Shown: positions 10,104 through 20,825, counted from the first letter of the stretch. The stretch is 64,000 bases of DNA from Candidatus Sumerlaeaceae bacterium (GCA_051003195.1 JBPCLP010000021.1:128001-192000), one strand, 5' to 3'. Notes: generated by a model from the sequence alone, not told the origin. Numbers and translations are program-made.

Positions 10104-11012
10104 CTATTGAGCTGGCAATGGCTCCAGAAACATCTGGTCGAGTGCGGTACGAAATTGAATCAGAGGCCGCGCACCTCGGATAACTTTCGTGACGGTGATC
10201 TGTGACGAGCCCGGGCGTGAGTAGCCGATTGCGAAGCTCGGCGTACCTGCAAAACCAAGGGTACTCGCCTTTGCCATGTCAACCTTCGCGTCGTTAATAT
10301 ACTTCTCGCTTTCAAAACATGCGGCAAACTGCTCGACGTCGAGTTGCTGGACTTTAGCCTGCTGCACAAGAGTGGCTGTAGTGATATCTCCCCGGTTTTT
10401 GTAGATGGAAAACACCATCTCCCAGTATTTTCCCTGCTCCTCTGCGCATCGTGCTGCCATCGCGGCCTTGTTTGCATCTTTGTGCGAGGCCAGGTTCAAA
10501 TCCCTGATGGCAAAACGGATTTTCTTGTTGTCGATATAATCTGTCTTCAACGTTGGAAAAGTCTCCGCGAGAAAACGGCTGCAGTAACCGCACTGCGCAT
10601 CCGTAAACATAACGAGAACTACCGTAGTATCTGCATCGCCTTGCATCCGGCCAGGGCCTAATTCCATTGGAATGGGCAACTTTGGACCTGCGGGTGTCGC
10701 TACAGGAGCCGGTGTGGGCTTGCCGACCCCCGCAACGCTGGTTTGCAACGCGTGCAACTGCTGCAAAACCGCGATCTGGGTCGAAGTATTTGCATCGACA
10801 GTCTGTCGCATCCCCAGCACTTGTTGCGTTTTGGTTTCAATACGCTCAAGCCGCCGCATAATCTCAAGGTTTGTGGACGTAAGACGATCTACACTATTTG
10901 TAAGGGCTCTGAGGTGATCCGCGACTTGCGGATCTTGCGCGAAGAGCGTGGTGCTCATCAGCACGCAAGCCGCTGTGGATGCTCTTAAAATCCATTTCGT
11001 TACAACAGGCAT
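10104..11012 (-). CDS. DsbA-family thiol-disulfide oxidoreductase with N-terminal coiled coil
   Basis: Signal peptide, FTDAQCGYC, AARCAEEQGKYW, GTPSF cis-Pro loop. Confidence 0.88.
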   Translation of the reverse strand: MPVVTKWILRASTAACVLMSTTLFAQDPQVADHLRALTNSVDRLTSTNLEIMRRLERIETKTQQVLGMRQTVDANTSTQIAVLQQLHALQTSVAGVGKPTPAPVATPAGPKLPIPMELGPGRMQGDADTTVVLVMFTDAQCGYCSRFLAETFPTLKTDYIDNKKIRFAIRDLNLASHKDANKAAMAARCAEEQGKYWEMVFSIYKNRGDITTATLVQQAKVQQLDVEQFAACFESEKYINDAKVDMAKASTLGFAGTPSFAIGYSRPGSSQITVTKVIRGARPLIQFRTALDQMFLEPLPAQ

Positions 11013-11145
11013 TCAGGGATTCTCCATCCGAGTGTGCGGCGCAGATTTAACGCGTAGATAAACGACGCACGTAATTTCGCTGGAAGCCATAACCACTGAA
11101 CCGGAGTTTTATGTACGCGTGCTTATCACCGGGGGCCTGCTTGGG

Positions 11146-12711
11146 TTAAACGCGCGCGCCAAAATCTGAAATAGCGGTCCCGTACTCTTTGCAGACGCGC
11201 TTTGATGAGCCAACAATATACATCGATCCAAAGATTAAGACGGCCTGGTCTTCCTCGCGCAATTGGAGCACGCCTCGAACCGCCTGTTCAGGATCCGGCA
11301 CGGCTTCCACCGGGATTTCCGGGTATACGTGCTTGAGTATTTCAGCGGCCTCTTGCGCGGGCAGACCGCGGGGAGTGGGAGGACTGCAGCACACGATTGC
11401 AGCGACGTTTAGATTCGCTTTCACGATGGAGCAGATTTCTTCCGGCTCCTTGTCGCGCAGAAATCCGACCACGAGGATGACTTCCTGGGCCCCGTACAGG
11501 TCGCGAAAAGCGTCCACCATGGCGGTGGTCGAGAGCGGGCAGTGCGCGCCATCGACAATTTCAAGCGGGTATCTTGATACAATCTCAAAGCGTCCGGGCC
11601 AGCGCGTCTTTGCGATTCCGCGACGTACCAGTTCAGCCGGAAACCCATGCTCAAGACCATCCACTTGCCCGGGATGCCGCCACAAAACGGAACTGGCCCA
11701 CTGCTGGTAATCCGCACAGCTCTCCAGTGCTAAGAGCGTTCCAAGACAGGTTCGAATATTATCAATCTGATGTGCACCATGCATCCTGGTCTGTATATTG
11801 AGTCCGTGTACCATGGTTTGTGCGAGAAGCGAATCCGGCGGAGCCGCACCTGCATCGAGTGTGTATTCCGCCATGGTCAGGTCGGGCGAACTTGTGCCAT
11901 CGGGACGTTCTTCAAGAGCTTCCTTGCCGTCGATGAGCGCGGAAACTTCAAGGTACTCCTCGCGTCCGGTCTCACGCAATCGCTGCTCAAGCGAGGCTCT
12001 TACTTTTTCAGCCCATTCCAGCGGCTGTGGACCAAGTACGCAGATACCGTGCGGCTGTACGATGCCGACTTTTTCCGATGCGATCTGCTCGATGGTCTTA
12101 CCTAGTATGGCCGTGTGGTCATACCCGATGGCTGTGATTACATTAAGCAGTGGCCCGGCCCCGGGCTGGTCGAACACATTAGTCGAATCGAGCCGGCCAC
12201 CCAGTCCTGTTTCTATGACGGCTATATCAACTTCCTGCTCGGCAAAGTAAAGGAATGCGGCGGCTGTAAGGAGTTCAAAAACGGTTCGGAAGCCGGGCGA
12301 GTCTGCCGACGCAGCTAAGTGTCCATTGCTGCTTCTATCCGGCCGGAAGTAGTCCCGGTTTCCAAGACGGCCCATTAGCCGCGCAAATTCGGGGTCGGGG
12401 ACAGGCAGGCCATTCACCTGGATTCGTTCTGTATAACGGTCGATGTGAGGCGACGTATAGAGACCCACTTTGCAACCGCAGTTCGCCAGGGCCGATGCCA
12501 GGAATGCGCAGGTAGAGCCTTTGCCTTTGGTACCTGCTATGTGGATAACGGCGTACTTCAGGTGCGGGTCGCCCAGCTCCCGTAGCAAACCGCGGAAGTT
12601 CGCCAGGTCAAAATTCTTCGTGTCGTATGTCAGCGATTTAGAAAGTAGCTTTTCATAGTCGATCTGACTATCAAGAAACGCAGCTGCTTCATCGTAAGTG
12701 GACAAATTCAT
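11146..12711 (-). CDS. folC: Folylpolyglutamate synthase/dihydrofolate synthase
   Basis: IHIAGTKGKGST, YTSPH, ETGLGGRLDSTN, WPGRFE, DGAH, FGSMY. Confidence 0.95.
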   Translation of the reverse strand: MNLSTYDEAAAFLDSQIDYEKLLSKSLTYDTKNFDLANFRGLLRELGDPHLKYAVIHIAGTKGKGSTCAFLASALANCGCKVGLYTSPHIDRYTERIQVNGLPVPDPEFARLMGRLGNRDYFRPDRSSNGHLAASADSPGFRTVFELLTAAAFLYFAEQEVDIAVIETGLGGRLDSTNVFDQPGAGPLLNVITAIGYDHTAILGKTIEQIASEKVGIVQPHGICVLGPQPLEWAEKVRASLEQRLRETGREEYLEVSALIDGKEALEERPDGTSSPDLTMAEYTLDAGAAPPDSLLAQTMVHGLNIQTRMHGAHQIDNIRTCLGTLLALESCADYQQWASSVLWRHPGQVDGLEHGFPAELVRRGIAKTRWPGRFEIVSRYPLEIVDGAHCPLSTTAMVDAFRDLYGAQEVILVVGFLRDKEPEEICSIVKANLNVAAIVCCSPPTPRGLPAQEAAEILKHVYPEIPVEAVPDPEQAVRGVLQLREEDQAVLIFGSMYIVGSSKRVCKEYGTAISDFGARV

Positions 12712-12825
12712 AAGCGGTTTATCTAAGCAGCGTCGAAGCCCGATGGGAAGCACAAAATGGTATGGCAAAATGGATGGTTAGCGGCATTGCTGCGACGTCG
12801 ATTTCGACCCGGGATGTGGAGGCGC

Positions 12826-13530
12826 TCAGTTATCTGCGCCGCTAGGGAAACGGACAACGTTGCCAGGGCTTACGGTGCCATTCGTAGCATCGAAGCGATT
12901 GTTGAGGTTATAAATGGAAGCAATGTCGGTTCCATCTTTGACCCGGTTGCCGTTTAAGTCGAGGAAGAACAACTTGTCGGGACCCTGACTATAAAGAACA
13001 TAGGGAAAGGGAACCATGCCATTGATCCCGTTTTGCGTGGGCGTATCAGCACCGATGCCCTTGGTTGGCCCCACAGTGCCCATTGCGGCATCGGTTGGCA
13101 TCAGCACAGCCATGGGCGACTGGAAGCCGGTCGCGCGATTAAATCCAAATTTGTTGCCCACGTAGTGCAGTGCGTTCTGGTAGCCATCCGTCGGTAGCAG
13201 CTCTGTATCGAATACATCGACCGGCGCACTCGTCAGGTAAGCAATCGGCGTAGTAATCCCGGAGCAGCGGCCGCTGGGATCGATGGGAAAGCCGCCTGGA
13301 TAGATCCAGTCGCGGGCACCAACAGGCAACTGCGCGTATGGATAGGAATTGTTGTCCACGGCGTAGGCTTCCAGGCCGGTGGCAATGCTGCGCATGTCCG
13401 CCTTCACACGCGCCACTTTCGAGCGTACTTGCGCCTCCAGGAAATTCGGCACCGCGATGGCAGCCAGTATCGCGATAATTGCGACGACGATCAAAAGCTC
13501 GATAAGTGTAAACCCAGTCCTGTTTTTCAC
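12826..13530 (-). CDS. Type IV prepilin-like protein (class III signal), copy P1
   Basis: G|FTLIELLIVVAIIAILAAIAVPNF; later ITTPIAYLTS, SQGPD, FDATNGTVS. Confidence 0.9.
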   Translation of the reverse strand: MKNRTGFTLIELLIVVAIIAILAAIAVPNFLEAQVRSKVARVKADMRSIATGLEAYAVDNNSYPYAQLPVGARDWIYPGGFPIDPSGRCSGITTPIAYLTSAPVDVFDTELLPTDGYQNALHYVGNKFGFNRATGFQSPMAVLMPTDAAMGTVGPTKGIGADTPTQNGINGMVPFPYVLYSQGPDKLFFLDLNGNRVKDGTDIASIYNLNNRFDATNGTVSPGNVVRFPSGADN

Positions 13531-13643
13531 GAGATGCTCCGGGGAAAGCTGTCATCCAATCGCGTCGTACTGAACGCGCAACATCGTCTACCAATCGCCA
13601 GTTACAGCCGCAACGTTTCTTTGCCTCCAGGAACTGCGTCTCC

Positions 13644-14357
13644 TCAGGCTGTAAATAGCTGCTGAATGTTAAGCTGGTTATTGCGAAGCCAGCGCCGCAT
13701 CTCAGTCCGGTCGAGCCGGAATTTCTGCCCGCCGCTCATTTCCTGCAGGAAGGGGAGGCTGTGCATAAAACCGTCCCATTTCCGCCGATCCGCCGTCGTG
13801 CCCCAGATCTGCTCGATCAATGCGAGCATATCCGCTGAGGGGATCACCGACCGGAAGAAATCGAACAGTATTTCGCTGGTTACCACTTCGTCGCGAAGAC
13901 GGCCGAGAATACCCTTGAGGATCTGCTCGTGGTCAAATGCGAGACGGGGGCGGCGTTTGACAGGGTGAAAGGCGGCTTCGTCGGCATCGTCTGCCGGCTG
14001 TGGTTTAGAGATCTCGATGGATACGGCGCCAAAATAGACTATCGAAATGGAGCGGCCACGAGGGTCGCGCCCGATCGTTCCAACAGCTCCGTACTGCTTC
14101 AGGCGTGCGTTTACGAGCCCGGTTTCCTCTTTGAGTTCGCGGGCAGCGCAAGCTTCCAGGTCTTCATCAGAGTCCAGGAACCCGCCGGGGAATGCCCATA
14201 GACCTTCAAATGGTGGGTGCGCGCGGCGGACTAGAAGCACTTTCAGCTGCTGGTCGTCAAAGGTGAAGATCACATTGTCCGTAGTGACAAATATGTCCGT
14301 TCCGGCCTTGCTGGTGGCCGCTCCGCCTTTGCTGCCGGATGCTTTCTTTTCTGCCAA
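13644..14357 (-). CDS. NUDIX hydrolase (NrtR/ADP-ribose pyrophosphatase-like)
   Basis: WAFPGGF...ARELKEETG Nudix box, RDPRGR, LAFDH. Confidence 0.88.
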   Translation of the reverse strand: MAEKKASGSKGGAATSKAGTDIFVTTDNVIFTFDDQQLKVLLVRRAHPPFEGLWAFPGGFLDSDEDLEACAARELKEETGLVNARLKQYGAVGTIGRDPRGRSISIVYFGAVSIEISKPQPADDADEAAFHPVKRRPRLAFDHEQILKGILGRLRDEVVTSEILFDFFRSVIPSADMLALIEQIWGTTADRRKWDGFMHSLPFLQEMSGGQKFRLDRTEMRRWLRNNQLNIQQLFTA

Positions 14358-14528
14358 CTTGACAGGTCTCCACGAGCTATTTAGATCGATAACAGTTACT
14401 GAGCATTAGCAGAAGCATACTCCTGTCAAGGCTTTGCAATGCGGTTAAGCAAAAGCTCAGCAGGCTCTTGCTGCAAGAAAAAGCACTGGCGTTCGCTGAT
14501 CGTATCCAGAGCATTGTAGGCCACACAA

Positions 14529-15194
14529 ATGCATTTACCGCCCCTGAAAGCTGAAACCCGCCGATTGCGCAATGGCAACCGGCGAGCACCAACACGCGCT
14601 TTTGTCTTGGCGGTTTGCCTGGCAGTCGCCAGCAGCGCCCCGGCACACGTAATGCAGCAATTATCCTGGTTCCAGGTGGAGCGCGAAATTAGGGTGCAGC
14701 AGCAAGTGCTGCGGGTGCATCACAATTGCAGATTCGACAAGGATGTATTTCGCGCGAATGATCCAGTCATGGATGCAGACGGTGATTCGACTGCCTCGCG
14801 GCATGAGATCGCCCAGTTTTGCCAGCAGGCCGGAAACTACATTGCCCAGGATTTCGTGGTGTTGGCGGATGGGCTCCCCTGCGCGGTGCGACAGCAAAGC
14901 TTTTCGGTGAATGACGACGACAGCGGCTTTTCCAGCGACATAGTGGCGGACCTGCCTGATGCCGCGACAACCGGGGTTCTGTTGCTGCACGTAGTCGATC
15001 CGTCCTTTCTGTTTACGTACCCGGGCGAGTCGCAAACCACGACTACTTCCGTGATTGCCGAGGCGCCGATTAAGCTCGTCGATGACGCGGGACGCGAACT
15101 GCATCGCCTCGACCTTCCACGCTCACCGCACTCCGTGCTTCGGATCTCACCGCGTGCCAGGCCCAACCAGGGCGCAGGGACCCCGAAACCATGA
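14529..15194 (+). CDS. Hypothetical exported protein
   Basis: Signal-like segment ending SAPAH; DADGD motif; 4-bp overlap with the next gene. Confidence 0.55.
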   Translation: MHLPPLKAETRRLRNGNRRAPTRAFVLAVCLAVASSAPAHVMQQLSWFQVEREIRVQQQVLRVHHNCRFDKDVFRANDPVMDADGDSTASRHEIAQFCQQAGNYIAQDFVVLADGLPCAVRQQSFSVNDDDSGFSSDIVADLPDAATTGVLLLHVVDPSFLFTYPGESQTTTTSVIAEAPIKLVDDAGRELHRLDLPRSPHSVLRISPRARPNQGAGTPKP

Positions 15195-16348
15195 GACGTT
15201 CCCTGTTTCTGGTAGCCATACTGGCCGTGGTATTTGCGGCATTGGCGGGGGGTACGGCGTTCATTGTCCAACAGGGGCGGCTTGGCGAATTGCAGCGAAT
15301 GGCGGCCCAGGCGGAGGACATGATCAAATCGCGGGCGTACGACGATGCCGTCGCGATCCTGCGCAAAGTCGAAGCCAGGGGCGGTACCGCCCGCAGTTCC
15401 ATGCTCCTCGGCAAGATTTACTACGATCAGGGTAAGTACGATCAGGCTATGCCCTGGTTTCAACGCATCGTCGAAAAGTTTCCAGACAGCGATTATGTCG
15501 CAGATGCACTGCTGTACAAGGCGCGCTACAAATTGGACGTCGACAAGGACGCCAATAGTGCGCGTGAGCTGCTGCTGACCATTCTCTCAAAATGGTCTAA
15601 AAGCAAGGCCAACGATTTCGCGCTGGTGCACCTCGCACGCATGAGCCTGAACGCCGGGGACGACGCCCAGGCGAAAAAGAATCTCGATATCGTGCTTAAA
15701 AAAGAGGAGTCTCCTGCACGTGACGAGGCCGAGTTTTTGATCGGCGACATTAACATGCGTGCCCTGAAATCTCCAAACCCGGGCAGTGGCGATGAAACGT
15801 ACGAAATTAAAAAAGGTGATACAATCTGGGCGCTGGAGCGCAGGCTGAAAATTCCGGGGGATCTCCTGATGGCGATCAACGGCATCACCCAGAATCTCAG
15901 TGTCGGCACAGCAATCAAAATACCCCGCGTGGAATTCTCGATCGTAATCGATAAGGCCGAACGTACGCTGCTCCTGCGAAATCATGGGCAGTTTCTGAAA
16001 AAATACAAAGTCGGAATTAACCGTGACGATGCCACGTTACCACCCGACCAGTACAGCGTCAGCCAGAAATTCGACAAAGGCTATGACTACACAGACCCGA
16101 AGACGAACCAGCCGATTAAGCCCGGGCAGCCCGGAAATCCGTACGGCACCCGCTTCCTTTCGCTGAGGCGGGAAGTAGGCATCCACGGGACCGAAGAGCC
16201 GCAGAAAGTTGGCACATACATCACCAAAGGCGTAGTTGCCATGACGAATCCCGACATCGAAGAGCTGTATGGGCTGGTGCAAGCTAAACCGGCGACTCCG
16301 GTAACAGTGAAAAATCATGTGCAGGCGGAGGGCCCTCCTGGCAAATAA
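15191..16348 (+). CDS. TPR + LysM + L,D-transpeptidase-like (YkuD) protein lacking the catalytic Cys
   Basis: TM anchor, TPR helices, LysM ([10 protein letters not shown]), YkuD motifs NPYGTRFL and IHGT...TKGVVAM. Confidence 0.85.
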   Translation: MRRSLFLVAILAVVFAALAGGTAFIVQQGRLGELQRMAAQAEDMIKSRAYDDAVAILRKVEARGGTARSSMLLGKIYYDQGKYDQAMPWFQRIVEKFPDSDYVADALLYKARYKLDVDKDANSARELLLTILSKWSKSKANDFALVHLARMSLNAGDDAQAKKNLDIVLKKEESPARDEAEFLIGDINMRALKSPNPGSGDETYEIKKGDTIWALERRLKIPGDLLMAINGITQNLSVGTAIKIPRVEFSIVIDKAERTLLLRNHGQFLKKYKVGINRDDATLPPDQYSVSQKFDKGYDYTDPKTNQPIKPGQPGNPYGTRFLSLRREVGIHGTEEPQKVGTYITKGVVAMTNPDIEELYGLVQAKPATPVTVKNHVQAEGPPGK

Positions 16349-17264
16349 CATCAAGAGCAAAGCGACGCGAGCCACAGCCAAGGCTGGCGAACCCCAGGTT
16401 CTGCGTCTCGGCATCCCAAAGGGAAGCCTGCAGGATAGTACGATCGCGCTGTTCCGCAAGGCCGGATACAACTTCGCCGTCAGCTCGCGCAGCTACTCAG
16501 CCAGTTGCGACGATCCTGAGGTGTGTGGTACCCTTATCCGCGCCCAGGAGATGAGCCGCTACGTTGAGCAGGGTTCGTTCGATGTCGGGCTGACTGGCCT
16601 CGACTGGATCCAGGAGAATCGTTCGAAAGTCGTCGAGCTGGAAGACCTGATTTATGCCAAGCAAAGCATGCGGCCTGTTCAATGGGTGCTCGCCGTGCCC
16701 GACAGCAGCCCGTTCAAAAGTGTAAAAGACCTGCGCGGGAAACGCATCGCAACGGAAGTTGTAAACATCACGCGCGATTACCTTGCCGCTCACAAGGTGA
16801 AGGCGGAGGTGGAATTCAGCTGGGGCGCGACCGAGGCAAAGGCGCCGGAGTTCGTCGACGCCATTGTCGAAGTGACCGAGACCGGCAGCTCTCTGCGCGC
16901 AAACAAGTACCGGATAATCGATACCGTGCTCGAGAGCTGGACAAAGCTGATCGCCAACCGTGACGCAATGAAGGACCCCTGGAAACGCCAGCGCATCGAA
17001 AGCATGGCAATGCTACTCAAGTCCGCGATCAACGCCGAAGGCAAAGTCGGCTTAAAAATGAACGTCGCCATCAAAGGACTTGATGCCATCCTCAAAGTTT
17101 TGCCCGCGCTTACCTCACCTACGGTCTCGCACCTGACCGATAAACAATTCGTGGCTCTGGAAGTGGTCCTCGACGAAGCCCAGGTGAAACGTCTCATCCC
17201 CGCGTTGAAAGGCGCAGGCGCGACTGGCATTATTGAGTACCCGTTAAACAAAATCATCTATTAG
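16317..17264 (+). CDS. hisG: ATP phosphoribosyltransferase (long form)
   Basis: [36 protein letters not shown]-terminal regulatory domain; start may be CTG at 16338. Confidence 0.95.
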   Translation: MCRRRALLANNIKSKATRATAKAGEPQVLRLGIPKGSLQDSTIALFRKAGYNFAVSSRSYSASCDDPEVCGTLIRAQEMSRYVEQGSFDVGLTGLDWIQENRSKVVELEDLIYAKQSMRPVQWVLAVPDSSPFKSVKDLRGKRIATEVVNITRDYLAAHKVKAEVEFSWGATEAKAPEFVDAIVEVTETGSSLRANKYRIIDTVLESWTKLIANRDAMKDPWKRQRIESMAMLLKSAINAEGKVGLKMNVAIKGLDAILKVLPALTSPTVSHLTDKQFVALEVVLDEAQVKRLIPALKGAGATGIIEYPLNKIIY

Positions 17265-17291
17265 GCACCGTAACCGTAGGCACCGTAACCG
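17262..17291. repeat. Perfect 15-bp tandem duplication including the hisG stop codon
   Basis: TAGGCACCGTAACCG occurs twice in tandem. Confidence 0.85.
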
Positions 17292-17358
17292 GCCTGTGGT
17301 ATCAGGAAAACAATCGTACATGATGTTCGGGCGCGTGTGCGCGACCCAGGATTTAATC

Positions 17359-18705
17359 TCAGCTAATGACCACGTCCTGCTTCTTCGCGTCGAACGTCAC
17401 GCGCTTTCCGGTCTCCAGGGCCGCCATCGTCATGCAGACCGCCACGGAGTGGTTGTAGCCGGATCGCACGTCGGCTGCCGGGGTCTTGCCGCTGCGTATG
17501 CACTCCATCCAATTGCGCATGTGGGCCATGGTCATCAAGTCGACGCCGGTGTTTGCCGCGGTGACCGTCTCCGTCTTTTTTTCCGTCAGCATGCGTTTTG
17601 GCAGCAGCCGCGGCTGCATCTCCATGGCGCTGGCCGGGGTTGCTTCCAGCCCGCCCGTCGGTGAAATTTCGCCTGTGTCCAGGTTGATCATTCCGCCGTT
17701 AGAGTAATACAACTCCCGCGTGCCACCCGCGGAGTTCCCCATCCGCGAAGAGTACACCACCTGGAAGCCCTTTTCCGGTTCATCCGCAGGACCATAGTCG
17801 AATACCGCCGTCATGGTGTCCGGGTTCGTGCGGCCGTCGTGCCACTGGTAGATGCCGCCACTGGCCACCACACTGCGCGGGAAATCAAACCCCGTGAACC
17901 AGTGAATGGTGTCGATCTGGTGCACCATCCACTGCCCGGGAATACCCGTCGAATAGGGCCAGAAGAGCCGGTACTCGATGTACTTGCGCGGGTCCCACTC
18001 CACCTTTGGGCGATTCATAAGGTAGCGCGTCCAGTCGGTGTCTTCTTGGCGTACTTCTTTCACGAGCTGCGGGCGCCGCCACCGGCCTGGCTGGTTCACG
18101 TTCCATGTCATCTCGACCATGTTGATGTCGCCGAACTCACCCGAGCGGATGTACTCATTCGCCTTGATGTACGGTTCGCCGCTGCGCCGCTGACTGCCGA
18201 TCTGCACGATTTTTTTCGTCTCATCCACTGCCGCCAGTATCGCACGCGCGTCGTCCATCGTCTGCGCCAGCGGCTTTTCGATATACGCATGGCGGCCCGC
18301 GCGCACTGCCTCCACGCCATGCAGAGCGTGCTGAAAGTCCGCGGTTGCGATGATCACGGCGTCGAGGTCCTTCATCTCGTAAAGCTCTTCATTGTTACGC
18401 GCGGCCGCGATGGATGACGCGCCGGTGAGCGTTCGTAAAAATTCCACCCCTTCGTCGCGGCGGCGATTCCAGATGTCCGAGAGCGCAACGAGTTCGAAGT
18501 TCTGTTCACTCGCCAGGCGCTGAAACGCCGGCAGCAGGCTGTTTTTCGACCGATCCGCAAACCCGACCACGCCCACGCGAACGCGATTGTTTGCTCCCAC
18601 AATGCGTGCATAGCTCGCAGCGGGACAGCACGTTGCGGCAGCGGCGGCGATGAAGCCCGCGCTGTCCCGCAGGAACTGCCGGCGGTCTGTCTTCCCGTCC
18701 ATCAT
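17359..18705 (-). CDS. Gfo/Idh/MocA oxidoreductase with Tat signal
   Basis: DRRQFL twin-Arg, YIEKP, QIGSQRR, VHQID; ATGA overlap with the upstream gene. Confidence 0.92.
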   Translation of the reverse strand: MMDGKTDRRQFLRDSAGFIAAAAATCCPAASYARIVGANNRVRVGVVGFADRSKNSLLPAFQRLASEQNFELVALSDIWNRRRDEGVEFLRTLTGASSIAAARNNEELYEMKDLDAVIIATADFQHALHGVEAVRAGRHAYIEKPLAQTMDDARAILAAVDETKKIVQIGSQRRSGEPYIKANEYIRSGEFGDINMVEMTWNVNQPGRWRRPQLVKEVRQEDTDWTRYLMNRPKVEWDPRKYIEYRLFWPYSTGIPGQWMVHQIDTIHWFTGFDFPRSVVASGGIYQWHDGRTNPDTMTAVFDYGPADEPEKGFQVVYSSRMGNSAGGTRELYYSNGGMINLDTGEISPTGGLEATPASAMEMQPRLLPKRMLTEKKTETVTAANTGVDLMTMAHMRNWMECIRSGKTPAADVRSGYNHSVAVCMTMAALETGKRVTFDAKKQDVVIS

Positions 18706-19691
18706 GACAGCGCGCCTGCCTTTCTCAGTTGTTCCTTCATTTCCGTCATGCACTGGCGCGTGCCCTTCTCGGCCGAGCCGTCCAGCTTCCAGTGTGTTTC
18801 CAGCACAACGGGACCTGTGTATCCATCTTGTTTCAACGCGGCGAACTGGCCCTCGTAATCGATCACGCCACCCGCCATCGACGTGAACACCAGCGAACCG
18901 TCCGCCTTCTTCTTCGCGTTTTTGCAATGCACGTGGCCGATCCGGTCTTTTGGCAGCAGCTTATAGCCATCCGGGTAAGCCCTCTCCCCGGCGTACGCGG
19001 AGTTGCCCGGGTCCCAGATAAGTTTGAACGCGGGGTGATTGACCGCCGCGAGTGTACGGACAGCTTCCTTTGCCGTCGCCGTGTTGCAGGCATGCTCATT
19101 TTCCATGACGAGAGTAAGGCCGCTCCTGGCCGCCTTTTCCGCGGCGGCCATCAGCTTTTCATCCATGGCGGCACGGTAAGGCGCGGGATCGTCCAGCCGC
19201 CAGAAATCGAAACAGCGAATATGCTTCGTGTTGAAAATGCCCGCCAGTTCGATTTCGCGATCCAGCACGGCATCCTGCTTTCCCCAGTCTGCGGTCGCGT
19301 TAAACTGCGGCTTCGGTGGACTGTGTTTGGACCGCGGCGCGCCCGGCCAATCCACCTTGTACAGCGGCCCGGAAATGCAGGTCACGCCGAGATCGAATTG
19401 CCGGAGAATATCTCTCGTCTCGTTGATCTGCCGCTCGTTAAGGTCGACAATGTTCTTGTCCCACATGCCGCGCAGCTCGACATAAGACAACCCGAACTCT
19501 TTCGAGACGATTTCGCACGCGCGCGCAAAATCCTGCATCATCTCGTCCGTGAAGACAGAGACCTGGAATGGCGACGTGCCGCGCGCGGGAGGAGTCTTCT
19601 GTTCCAGCGCGATCGTGGCAAGTGAAGGACCTGCTGTCGCGGCCGCAGCAACGGTCGCGAGAAAACGTCGGCGGTTTACCAGGGTAGCCAA
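18702..19691 (-). CDS. Sugar phosphate isomerase/epimerase (xylose-isomerase-like TIM barrel) with Tat signal
   Basis: NRRRFL, MENEH, WDPGN, HVHCK, LETH. Confidence 0.88.
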   Translation of the reverse strand: MATLVNRRRFLATVAAAATAGPSLATIALEQKTPPARGTSPFQVSVFTDEMMQDFARACEIVSKEFGLSYVELRGMWDKNIVDLNERQINETRDILRQFDLGVTCISGPLYKVDWPGAPRSKHSPPKPQFNATADWGKQDAVLDREIELAGIFNTKHIRCFDFWRLDDPAPYRAAMDEKLMAAAEKAARSGLTLVMENEHACNTATAKEAVRTLAAVNHPAFKLIWDPGNSAYAGERAYPDGYKLLPKDRIGHVHCKNAKKKADGSLVFTSMAGGVIDYEGQFAALKQDGYTGPVVLETHWKLDGSAEKGTRQCMTEMKEQLRKAGALS

Positions 19692-19872
19692 TTCGTAGCT
19701 CCTTCACAAAGATGGAAGCAGAACAACGTAGCAGGGCAGAACCCAATCAGCACCGTTCCGTGCCGAGTCTGTCAAAAGATTATCCCACATGCGTGTAGAG
19801 AAACAAACCCCCGGCATTCGCAGTATCCAGGCCCTAGGCGCGGCGCGGCCGCCGCGATTGGCGCAACCTGTT

Positions 19873-20325
19873 CTATTCCAACATCTTCGAATCAAATTCA
19901 ACGCCATGCAATTTGCACAACATCTTCATTTCTTCGGCAAAATCGAAACCCGTCTTTCGGTGGTGCACCTTTTGGCGCTGCACGTAACCAATTGCCTTGT
20001 CCAACTGGGATGTGCTGATCGTGAACCCTCCGTACCCCGTTTGCCAGGCAAATGCGGAGCGCCCGAAGCGCCGTTTAAACCAACCGCTCGAATACGCCTT
20101 CGCGTCCTTCACCACACGTCCAACGGAGGGTTCAGCGCGCAGTTCCACAATGGCATGCACGTGATCCGGCATCCCATTGATTGCGAAAACATGCGCGTTG
20201 GATTTTATCAGCAATGCCGTCACGTACGCATACACCTGCGCCTCGACGTCGTTGGTAATCCAGGGTTCGCGGTGTTTCGTGCTCCAGACAAAATGATACA
20301 GGTAACGGGTGTGTGAGTGCCCCAT
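19873..20325 (-). mobile_element. tnpA: IS200/IS605-family HUH (Y1) transposase, stand-alone and RAYT-like; no tnpB
   Basis: YHFVWSTKHR, HUH motif DHVH, WQTGY, catalytic YVQRQ; 150 aa from ATG 20325. Confidence 0.9.
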
Positions 20326-20341
20326 GGCGGCTGGGGATAGG

Positions 20342-20788
20342 GCCACTGCTGCGCAGTTCCAATTGTTTTTTGCATACCAGACCCCCGCACTCCGCTGCGC
20401 TGCGTACGGGGCTGTAAAACGTAGCGACGCCCTGCGGGCTCGATGGATCGAACTGCGAGCGAATAATGGCAATGGAGCAGCGCATCACAAGATCGGGCCG
20501 TGCAAACCATGCGGGCGTTTATCTGCAACCGAGAGTGAAGCAACCCCCTTCAACGATCGGCGATGCAAACCATCCGGGCGTGTACCTGCAACCCAGCGCG
20601 ACGCAACCCCCTTCAACGATCGGCGATGCAAACCATCCGGAGGTGTACCGGCAACCCAGCGCGACGCAACCCTTGCATACAACCCAGCGCGAAGCGCGGC
20701 GCTCCGCTTTTCAGCCCCGTACGCAGCGCAGCGGAGTGCGGGGACTCCAACGCCGACCCCCAACCCAACGAGCTGCGCAGCAGCGGCG
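20342..20788. repeat. REP/REPIN-like long inverted repeat upstream of tnpA
   Basis: Perfect 32-bp IR at 20383-20414 / 20712-20743; outer imperfect IR GCCACTGCTGCGCAGTTC / GAGCTGCGCAGCAGCGGC. Confidence 0.85.
20491..20673. repeat. Three ~63-bp tandem repeats inside the inverted repeat
   Basis: Units start at 20491, 20555 and 20618 (GATCGGCGATGCAAACCATCCGG...GCAACCC). Confidence 0.9.
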
Positions 20789-20825
20789 CTCAAACGCTGG
20801 TGCCTTGCAACCAATCCCGGCGTTT

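Noticed and set aside
19873..20325. TnpA as mobiliser of the 96-bp elements
   Set aside because: HUH transposases do not create target duplications, and this gene's own flanking repeats share no sequence with the family.
20491..20673. CRISPR array
   Set aside because: Whole 63-bp units are repeated with no unique spacers, and there are no cas genes.
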